This document shows positions 56,993-64,000 of a stretch of DNA of 64,000 nt, one piece after another. Position numbers and translations under genes: made by a program. Origin of the DNA: Spirochaetia bacterium (GTDB lineage: Bacteria > Spirochaetota > Spirochaetia > UBA9216); assembly GCA_963677925.2 (NCBI GenBank), contig CAXXYH010000004.1:1408001-1472000 (forward strand). The letters are read 5' to 3'. The stretch's first letter is position 1. Each line of letters opens with the position of its first letter. The notes under the pieces were generated by a model that saw nothing but the letters and a program-made list of their open reading frames with translations, ran no database searches and was not told the DNA's origin.

Positions 56993-58532
56993 ATAAGAGC
57001 CTCATGTAGTCCAGGCCGGCAAATCCGTCTATAAGATTTTTCTGTACATGTGCCGGGTCGCCGGTTCGGGATGTTTCAAATTCTGAATTCAGAATATCTG
57101 CTGCCTTTTTAATAGTCAATGCATGGTTCTCCGGACTGAATCCGTTTGTGTCCGGAATAACTCCGGCATCTGCAGTATCCAGAAGTCTGTAGAGCTCGCT
57201 GAATGTTTTTTTGTTCAGTTCATTAAGAGCCTTTCGGTAATCAGCGGAGCCGGCAGCCTTTTTAAGGCAGTTCAACTGTTCCACAACCGGAAGGTATGCA
57301 TAATCCGCTATATCTGCAGTGAATTCAGATTCAATAATTTCTTTCAGTTCGGCAATTCTTGAATCAGTGAGATAGACTGAAATACTTTCAAGCTTTTTCA
57401 GATACAAGTCTTTAAGTACTGAAACAGTCCGGCTGTCCACCGGAACATCGAACCTGTCATAAAAACAGTTTTCATGGTTTCTTAACAGCGGTTCAAGTCC
57501 GCCCATGGTCTCAAGACTTCTTGCAAACAGCGGAATCTGCCACTGTACCGAATTGATAAACAGGTAACCGAATCCTTCCTGGACTGATGTTGAAACTATC
57601 AGGTCCGAAATTCCGGGCATCTGTTCGTATGAGGGAATGCTGTCATCCTTTGCAAGTCCAGTACCGAAAATTCCGGGAATAAGTCCATTTGAGAAACTTT
57701 CAGCACACAGATCAGAATATTGTTTTTCCTGGGATGAGACTCCGGGAAGACTGACAATCAGATTGACCGCAGCTTCTGATGCCGATGCAATAAGTCCAGC
57801 TTCAAGGATATTTTTGCGCCGGATCGATCTCACCGGATAGAATAGAATCTTTCCATCTTCAGAAAGCCGCGGAAAATCCTGTTTAAAGCAGGCAAACAGG
57901 TCTTTTCGCAGTTTCAGACGCTGCTGTTCAGAAGGTTTCTGCACAGGTTCTGTGCTTTCCACAGGGTTATTGAGCAGCAGTACCTGTTTTTCAGGAATCC
58001 CGGCAGCAATCAGCATGTCCCTGTCCCGGCTGTTAATAAGGCAGTAAACTATGTTGGGCCGTGCGGGGTATGGATCTCCAATCAGCGGAATACTTATCGC
58101 TTCAAGGTTGTCGTACCGGGCGCATTCGGGAAAGTCGTGAATGTGCAGTATGAACTTCTGCTGAGGATAATTTCTTATTATATGCAGTACTGCTGCGGTA
58201 AAAAGCGGGTTCTTCCCAAGCTGAAAATTATGAATCCACCAGACTGTGCCGCTGAAGTTGTTAAGCAGTTTATCCGAAAGAGCTTTTACCTCTTCTTCGC
58301 CGAAGCTGAGGCTGGAATCACGATAATAGATTTCGGGTATTATCTTGATATCAACATCATCAGGGCTGTGCAGGCTGTTTTTCACCTTTTCGGTATTTTC
58401 TTCACATCCGGCTGCGATGGTGATCTTCACCGTTTCGGGATAGTATTTTAACAGGGAGTTAATTCCGAGCATAATTACGCTTGTTACGCCGCCGGGAAGA
58501 AGATGGTAATGAAAAACAGTAAAGCCGTTCAG
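56982..58532 (-). CDS. GT-B (GT4-like) glycosyltransferase; probable CTG start
   Basis: In-frame FHYHLLPGGVTSVI lies upstream of the first ATG (58472). Also HNFQLGKN, HIHDFPE, PVRSIRRKNILEA and TSVQEGFG. GGAGG lies 5 nt before CTG 58532. Confidence 0.75.
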   Translation of the reverse strand: MNGFTVFHYHLLPGGVTSVIMLGINSLLKYYPETVKITIAAGCEENTEKVKNSLHSPDDVDIKIIPEIYYRDSSLSFGEEEVKALSDKLLNNFSGTVWWIHNFQLGKNPLFTAAVLHIIRNYPQQKFILHIHDFPECARYDNLEAISIPLIGDPYPARPNIVYCLINSRDRDMLIAAGIPEKQVLLLNNPVESTEPVQKPSEQQRLKLRKDLFACFKQDFPRLSEDGKILFYPVRSIRRKNILEAGLIASASEAAVNLIVSLPGVSSQEKQYSDLCAESFSNGLIPGIFGTGLAKDDSIPSYEQMPGISDLIVSTSVQEGFGYLFINSVQWQIPLFARSLETMGGLEPLLRNHENCFYDRFDVPVDSRTVSVLKDLYLKKLESISVYLTDSRIAELKEIIESEFTADIADYAYLPVVEQLNCLKKAAGSADYRKALNELNKKTFSELYRLLDTADAGVIPDTNGFSPENHALTIKKAADILNSEFETSRTGDPAHVQKNLIDGFAGLDYMRLLYDY

Positions 58533-58642
58533 AAGCTCCTCCGCTTCCGATTCTAAATTAATATCAGGTTAAATTACAAGCTGTTTATATTCAGGCCTCA
58601 ATAATGAGTTGATTTTCTACCTGTATCCGTTAAACTTTAAAT

Positions 58643-60361
58643 ATGAATACAAAGATAAGAGAACTTTTAACATTTATCTATGGTGAAGATGTCGGGAAAG
58701 AAACAGAAACCCGCCTGGAATCTCTTGTGTCCCGTCGAATGACAAACATCGAAAAACCTTCCAACTGCGGTGCAGGACTGCTTCCGCTTGATGAGAAGGA
58801 TGCTTTTGTAATTACCTACGGAGATCAGTTTCAGAAAAAGGGCCAGTCGCATATGAAGACGCTGGGTGAGTTTTTTAAGCAGGAAACTTCCGACTTTCTT
58901 TCCGGTGTTCATATTCTTCCCTTTTTCCCCTATACCTCTGATGACGGATTTTCAATAGTTGATTATATGGAAGTTAATCCGGACTGGGGAGACTGGAATG
59001 ACGTTGAGGGGATCGGCAAAAACTTTAAGCTTATGAGTGATCTGGTTCTAAACCACTGCTCGGCAAGCTCGGAGTGGTTTAAGTCATATCTGGCCTGTGA
59101 GGGCAAATACAAAGGGTATTTTATTGATGTTCCGGAAGATACTGATGTGTCGATGGTTTTCCGCCCTAGGGCGCTTCCCCTGCTGACAGCCTTCGATACC
59201 GCAGAGGGTAAAAAGCATGTCTGGACGACTTTCAGTGCCGATCAGGTCGATCTGAATTTCGGTAATCCTGATATTATGCTGGAAATGATCGATGTTTTTC
59301 TGTTTCATGTTCAGAAGGGTATTCAGGTTATAAGACTTGATGCAATTGCCTACCTGTGGAAGGAGCTTGGCCACTCATGTCTGCACCATCCAAAAACGCA
59401 TGCGGCTGTACAGCTTTTCAGGGCTGTTGTCGATGAGTTTGTACCATGGGTTGTAATAATTACTGAAACTAACGTTCCCCACAGGGAAAACATCTCATAT
59501 TTCGGAAACGGCACCGACGAAGCCCAGATGATCTACCAGTTCGCCCTCCCGCCGATTGTTCTGGATGCATTTCTGAGGGAGGACGCGGGACATTTGAAGA
59601 CCTGGGCCAGGGAGCTTCCGCAGCCTGACGGCAGAACCACATATTTTAATTTTCTGGCCTCTCATGACGGCGTCGGACTTCTTCCGGCCAGGGGCATACT
59701 GACTGAGGATGAACTTGAAGGGCTTATAGCCAGTGTTAAAGACCGTGGCGGACTTATTTCCTACAAGGCGACAGCAACCGGGGATATTCCCTATGAAATG
59801 AATGTTAATTACTGTGACGCGGTTGCGGAAAAAGAGCTGCCCGCAGTTTCCCGTTCCAGGAAATTTCTTGCCTCTCAGTCAATCCTTCTCGGATTTCCAG
59901 GCGTGCCCGGAATCTATGTACATAGTCTGATAGGATCAGGCAACTGGAAAGAAGGCGTGTCTGTAACCGGAATGAACCGGACCATAAACAGACAGAAGCT
60001 TGATTTTGATGAAGTTACTGCAGAGCTTTCCGACCCTGCATCTTTCAGGGCCCTTGTATTCAGCGGATACCGGAAGATGCTTGCTGCCAGACGTCAGAAT
60101 ATGGCCTTTCATCCCTCATCAGCCTTCAATATTGTAAATTCCTCCGAATCTGTACTTGCTTTTGAGCGGGAATCTGATGAAACAGGTGATAAGGTTCTCT
60201 GTCTTGTAAACCTCTCATCAAAGCAGCAGGAGCAGAAGATTGGGCACACTGCTATGCGTGATATAATTACTGATACAGCAATTCTGCAGGGAAGCAGCAG
60301 GTTTAACGGTGAAAATATTTTACTCGAACCATGGGAAGTTTTGTGGCTGATTCGCGAATAA
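58643..60361 (+). CDS. GH13_18 phosphorylase, glucosylglycerate-phosphorylase type
   Basis: ITYGD, HILPFFPYTSDDGF, WTTFSADQVDLN, RLDAIAYLWK, ITETNVP, LASHDG, PYEMN. ETN and YE replace the EIH/YQ of sucrose phosphorylases. Confidence 0.85.
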   Translation: MNTKIRELLTFIYGEDVGKETETRLESLVSRRMTNIEKPSNCGAGLLPLDEKDAFVITYGDQFQKKGQSHMKTLGEFFKQETSDFLSGVHILPFFPYTSDDGFSIVDYMEVNPDWGDWNDVEGIGKNFKLMSDLVLNHCSASSEWFKSYLACEGKYKGYFIDVPEDTDVSMVFRPRALPLLTAFDTAEGKKHVWTTFSADQVDLNFGNPDIMLEMIDVFLFHVQKGIQVIRLDAIAYLWKELGHSCLHHPKTHAAVQLFRAVVDEFVPWVVIITETNVPHRENISYFGNGTDEAQMIYQFALPPIVLDAFLREDAGHLKTWARELPQPDGRTTYFNFLASHDGVGLLPARGILTEDELEGLIASVKDRGGLISYKATATGDIPYEMNVNYCDAVAEKELPAVSRSRKFLASQSILLGFPGVPGIYVHSLIGSGNWKEGVSVTGMNRTINRQKLDFDEVTAELSDPASFRALVFSGYRKMLAARRQNMAFHPSSAFNIVNSSESVLAFERESDETGDKVLCLVNLSSKQQEQKIGHTAMRDIITDTAILQGSSRFNGENILLEPWEVLWLIRE

Positions 60362-60381
60362 TCTGATATTATATCTTCCGT

Positions 60382-62670
60382 ATGAATGGAAGAAGAGATA
60401 ATATTGATCTTATTGTAAGTACAGCTGAGCTTGCCTCGGTTTTTGATAAAAAAAGCAGTCTTTCAAACCTTCTGCAGGATATTGTAGAGATGGTTGCGGA
60501 GCATATGAGTGCTGACGTATGCTCCATTTATTTATATGATAAAAAATCTGAAGAACTCGTATTACGTGCAACAGTAGGCCTGTCTCCCACATCGATCGGA
60601 GCCGTAAGACTCAAGATGGGTGAGGGGATAACAGGAACTGCCCTTCAGGAACTGAGACCGATCAGAGAAGCCAGTGCATCAAAAAATCCGAATTTTAAAT
60701 TTTTCCAGGACATATACGAGGAACAGTTTGAAGCCTTTCTTGCTGTGCCCATACGAAAAGGTCTTAACAGAATTGGTGTAATTACAATTCAGCACCGTGA
60801 ACCGAACTACTTCAGCCGTCGTGATACTGCTGCCCTGAAGGCTATTGCGTCACAGCTTGCTGCTTCAATTGAAAACTCAGAATGGCTGATGAGTCTTTCT
60901 GCTGCCAAAAAAGATCTTTCAAGTGAATTTTACAATCTGAGTATAAGGGGAACGGGAGCTTCAGCAGGAACTGTCCGGGGAGAAGCCTTTCTTCTTAATG
61001 TCAGAAGGGCTCAGAGTAATGTGAGCTATCAGTCTCTTGTTCCCGGTGATGAACTGCAGAGCTGCAGGGACAGTGAAGATGATACCTGCTGTACGGATGT
61101 TAATCTCACAGCCTTTGACAGAGCCCTTGAGCTTTCAATGAACCAGCTTGAAGAGCTTCAGTCTTCTATTGATGAATCTCTTGCAGATGTTGCGGGAATG
61201 ATATTCACCGCACACTTTCTGATGCTCCGGGATGATAATTTTACCGGCCAGATGAGGCAGCTGATTGAAGCCGGTTTCAAGGCTGATGAATCTGTCCGAA
61301 GGATTGTCTCGCAGTATTCCGATATTTTTGAGAAATCCGACCTTCCCGGGATACAGGAAAAGGTACAGGATCTACGTGATCTTGAACACCGTCTTCTGGC
61401 CAACCTTTACGGAGAATCGCTTGATCACGCGGATTATTCTCATAATATAGTGATAGCCGAAGACATTTTTCCCTCTGAACTGGTTAAGATCTGGCTGCAG
61501 CGTTCACAGGGGCTTGTTCTCTACGGAACGGGCATTACTGCTCATATTTCCATTCTTGCAAGATCTCTGGGTTTTCCCATGCTCATTACCGGAGACCGCC
61601 GTGTTCTTTCCATTCCGGGCGGTTCCGAGCTTTTTATGGATACCCGCATGGGACTGTTACATGTTAATCCGTCCCGGGATATTGTGGAAAGTTATGCGAC
61701 AAGGCTTGGTAAAAAAGCTTTTGAAGATTTCTCTGCAATACCGGAGCAGACATTTACTGCTGACGGTGAGCGGATTATGGTTTTTGCAAATATAAACATT
61801 ACTCATGATATTAAAACAGCAGTCAATGTTAAAGCTGAGGGTGTCGGTCTATACAGAAGCGAATTTCCCTTTATCATTAGAAACGAATTTCCTTCGGAAG
61901 AGGAACAGTGCCGCATCTACCGTAAAATACTGCAGCGTGCCGAAGGCCGTGAATGCATTCTCAGGACTCTTGATATCGGAGGCGATAAGATTCCCGGATA
62001 TGCATCCAACACTTCCGAGGCCAATCCCTTTCTGGGGTTCCGGGGAATACGCTTTTCACTCGGTCATCCTGAACTGTTTCAGGATCAGATACGTGCAATG
62101 TTGAGGGCTGGAGACGGATTCAAACTTAAGATTATGTTTCCCATGGTGTCAAGTGTTGATGAATTCCTGGAGGCTAAGGAGCTTGTCGAAAAGTGCATAG
62201 ATTTTCTGAAAAATGACGGGGCTCCTGCAAACCTAAGTCCGGAACTGGGTGCAATGGTTGAGCTCCCGGCAGCAGTTGAGGCTATCGACGATCTTGCCGA
62301 AGCTGCGGATTTTCTGAGCATAGGCACCAACGATCTTATCATGTACACTCTGGCCGTTGACCGTACAAATGAAATGGTCAGGGGCATGTTCAAGCCCTGT
62401 CATCCCGCTATTCTTCGTTCACTGAAAAGGATTACCGAGGGAGCTCTTGCTGCCGGGACGGAACTTTCAGTCTGCGGCGAGGCGGCAGGTGAACCCGGAA
62501 TATTAAAATATCTTATAGGCTTGGGTATTAGAAAAGTAAGTGTAGACCCACTGCGGATTCCCGAACTGAAAAACATGATTTCAGGCTGGACACTTGATGA
62601 CTGTAATGCCTTCATGTCTCAGGCCCTCTACGCAAAAACCGTTAAAGAAGCCGAAGCTCTCTTCAAATAA
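60382..62670 (+). CDS. ptsP: GAF-domain phosphoenolpyruvate-protein phosphotransferase (EI-Ntr type)
   Basis: N-terminal GAF (DVCSIYL, GEGITG), phospho-His region TAHISILARS, GLYRSEF, RTLDIGGDK, EANPFLGFRGIR, SIGTNDL. Confidence 0.93.
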   Translation: MNGRRDNIDLIVSTAELASVFDKKSSLSNLLQDIVEMVAEHMSADVCSIYLYDKKSEELVLRATVGLSPTSIGAVRLKMGEGITGTALQELRPIREASASKNPNFKFFQDIYEEQFEAFLAVPIRKGLNRIGVITIQHREPNYFSRRDTAALKAIASQLAASIENSEWLMSLSAAKKDLSSEFYNLSIRGTGASAGTVRGEAFLLNVRRAQSNVSYQSLVPGDELQSCRDSEDDTCCTDVNLTAFDRALELSMNQLEELQSSIDESLADVAGMIFTAHFLMLRDDNFTGQMRQLIEAGFKADESVRRIVSQYSDIFEKSDLPGIQEKVQDLRDLEHRLLANLYGESLDHADYSHNIVIAEDIFPSELVKIWLQRSQGLVLYGTGITAHISILARSLGFPMLITGDRRVLSIPGGSELFMDTRMGLLHVNPSRDIVESYATRLGKKAFEDFSAIPEQTFTADGERIMVFANINITHDIKTAVNVKAEGVGLYRSEFPFIIRNEFPSEEEQCRIYRKILQRAEGRECILRTLDIGGDKIPGYASNTSEANPFLGFRGIRFSLGHPELFQDQIRAMLRAGDGFKLKIMFPMVSSVDEFLEAKELVEKCIDFLKNDGAPANLSPELGAMVELPAAVEAIDDLAEAADFLSIGTNDLIMYTLAVDRTNEMVRGMFKPCHPAILRSLKRITEGALAAGTELSVCGEAAGEPGILKYLIGLGIRKVSVDPLRIPELKNMISGWTLDDCNAFMSQALYAKTVKEAEALFK

Positions 62671-62680
62671 TGTCTATATA

Positions 62681-62714
62681 AAAGAAAAGACAGGCTGCTG
62701 ACAACAGCCTGTCT
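62681..62714 (-). terminator. Intrinsic terminator for the small minus-strand gene (convergent with ptsP)
   Basis: Stem AGACAGGCTG (62688-97) / CAGCCTGTCT (62705-14) with a U-rich tail on the minus strand. Confidence 0.8.
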
Positions 62715-62752
62715 CAGGAGGAGAGAGGGTCGGATGGACTCAATAAGAATTC

Positions 62753-62917
62753 CTACCCGTAAAGTGTAAATCCCATGGCGGGGTATTCAGGAATTCCTTC
62801 TTTAGAACTTTTAAATTTTCTATATTTCTCAGGATCACCATGAAATGGAGAACTACCAACGAAAGGCATTAACAAGCTGTGTTCAAGACGTTCTTTCATT
62901 CTATCTTTATCAGTCAT
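62753..62917 (-). CDS. 54-aa small protein absent from the ORF track: MTDKDRMKERLEHSLLMPFVGSSPFHGDPEKYRKFKSSKEGIPEYPAMGFTLYG
   Basis: GGAGG SD 6 nt before ATG, its own TTGACA-17-TATATT promoter, and a downstream terminator. Confidence 0.75.
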   Translation of the reverse strand: MTDKDRMKERLEHSLLMPFVGSSPFHGDPEKYRKFKSSKEGIPEYPAMGFTLYG

Positions 62918-62980
62918 AACTAACCTCCGTATACCTGATTTCTATATGTATAATATAGTTAGTTATGACTAATATGTCAA
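62912..62980 (-). promoter_or_regulatory. Promoter of the small gene, with a 13-bp perfect inverted repeat
   Basis: TTGACA (62975-80)-17 bp-TATATT on the minus strand. AGTCATAACTAAC (62912-24) and GTTAGTTATGACT (62958-70) are exact reverse complements. Confidence 0.75.
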
Positions 62981-63000
62981 GAAAAAACTTACAAAAATTG

Positions 63001-64000
63001 TCAGGAATTATTTTCGCTGCAGGAGCATGCCTGATTTGCACCCCAGAACCTGGTGATCAGATCTAAAAGCTTCTCCTCGAGCACTTCATATGAATAGAAG
63101 CATTTTGCCAGTTCAAAGTTGGTTTCGACCATCTTTTCCCGCTTTTCTTTGTTTGTCAGAATTTCCTTAACACGCCTTACAGTTTCATCTGTGATAAAGT
63201 CATCCATTTCTATCACATCAAAGCCCTTGGGTTTAATATCGGTGAAGTAAATGGAATAATTGTTGACGAGTATAGGTTTCTTAAAATACAGGGTCTCAAG
63301 GAATGCATTTCCGAAGCCTTCGATAAGTGAGGGGTAGGTCACAAAATCTGCATGCGGATAAATGTCCTGCAGGGTGTAGATCTTTTTACCGTCCTTTATC
63401 TCACGTTTTTCAGCAATGAGATCGGATACGAATATGGCTTTGATTTTCATCAGGTTCGCATATTCCCTAACTCGGTTTTCATATTCATGGCCTTCATCAC
63501 CTGATGCATGTGAGATTACGAATACCGCTTTTTCACCCAGCCTGCTTACCAGTTCTATAGCATGCTCAATACCCTTTCGCTGAACTACCCTGGTCGGCTG
63601 CAGAACAAGTATCTCATCATCACTTATACCGAGAGCTGTCCTCATATCCTTATTATAGTCGTCTATTCCCGGTGCAGGCTTGTTGAAATCCATGACATTA
63701 GGGATCAGGGTAGATGAAATTCCGGTGCGCAGTGCCAGCTGATTCTGGCCGGATGTATTGATAACAACATGCTCAATTGAAGGCAGATGCGGTGGGAAGG
63801 CCATATTGAAGTAGTCCCATACACAGTTTCGGAGGAATCTCTTTCTTTCCCAGAAAAAGTCATGGTGATGGGCAATTGTTTTTATTCCGGTTTCACCGAT
63901 CATTTCAGTAATAGCCAGAGCGAGTGATATATTCAGCGGGATAGTTACTGCATTCTGGGGAATAAGAAGATCAATATTGAATTTTTCTACAAACTGATAG
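63001..64000 (-). CDS. GT4 glycosyltransferase, mannosylglucosylglycerate synthase (MggS)-like; 5'-truncated by the window edge
   Basis: Frame open to the window end (..IPQNAVTIPLNISLALAITEM..). HHHDFFWER, QPTRVVQRKGIEHAIEL, YPSLIEGFGNAFLE. Confidence 0.8.
   Translation of the reverse strand, partial: YQFVEKFNIDLLIPQNAVTIPLNISLALAITEMIGETGIKTIAHHHDFFWERKRFLRNCVWDYFNMAFPPHLPSIEHVVINTSGQNQLALRTGISSTLIPNVMDFNKPAPGIDDYNKDMRTALGISDDEILVLQPTRVVQRKGIEHAIELVSRLGEKAVFVISHASGDEGHEYENRVREYANLMKIKAIFVSDLIAEKREIKDGKKIYTLQDIYPHADFVTYPSLIEGFGNAFLETLYFKKPILVNNYSIYFTDIKPKGFDVIEMDDFITDETVRRVKEILTNKEKREKMVETNFELAKCFYSYEVLEEKLLDLITRFWGANQACSCSENNS

Noticed and set aside
1-64000. Many 60-170 aa antisense or alternate-frame ORFs in the supplied track
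   Set aside because: They lie inside genes with clear family motifs and lack SDs and recognisable domains, so they are shadow ORFs.
1-64000. CRISPR array, tRNA/rRNA, IS element, integrase, prophage or defence system
   Set aside because: I found no repeat-spacer periodicity, cloverleaf, transposase/recombinase or nuclease motifs by eye. The MBL proteins sit in metabolic contexts.

Overview
A 64-kb stretch of chromosome from an anaerobic, free-living bacterium, most likely Spirochaetales. This assignment is an inference from the A-x-G-x-x-E signal peptides, the CsgG/DUF2380-like outer-membrane paralogues and the nifJ type. I found no rRNA, tRNA, CRISPR array, integrase or transposase. From left to right: (1) About 1-22.5 kb is an uncharacterised catabolic region. 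It encodes a tungsten-type aldehyde:ferredoxin oxidoreductase under a P3-less Moco/Wco riboswitch, a ThiS/MoaD carrier, a displaced YidC, an SDR plus two SnoaL/NTF2 proteins plus an MBL hydrolase, an orphan ulaG, a Dpp/Opp ABC importer, and a FAD-oxidoreductase/CCG-FeS/FAD-oxidoreductase triad with a FadR regulator. (2) A frameshifted FGGY kinase, a DeoR regulator and a sugar ABC importer. (3) proCAB and housekeeping genes. (4) A sugar operon led by a LacI-solute-binding-protein fusion and ending in a URO-D-family gene. (5) Two CsgG-like/beta-barrel genes, an AEC transporter, nifJ and an Lnb-like acyltransferase. (6) A compatible-solute cluster (glucosylglycerate phosphorylase-like, MggS-like and a second glycosyltransferase) with ptsP. 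Features the ORF track misses or mis-calls are the riboswitch, a 54-aa gene with its own promoter, terminator and a 13-bp inverted repeat over its start codon, a probable CUG start codon, several apparently leaderless genes, and a shared TGATT/AATCA candidate operator. All protein family calls rest on motif recognition; no database searches were run.
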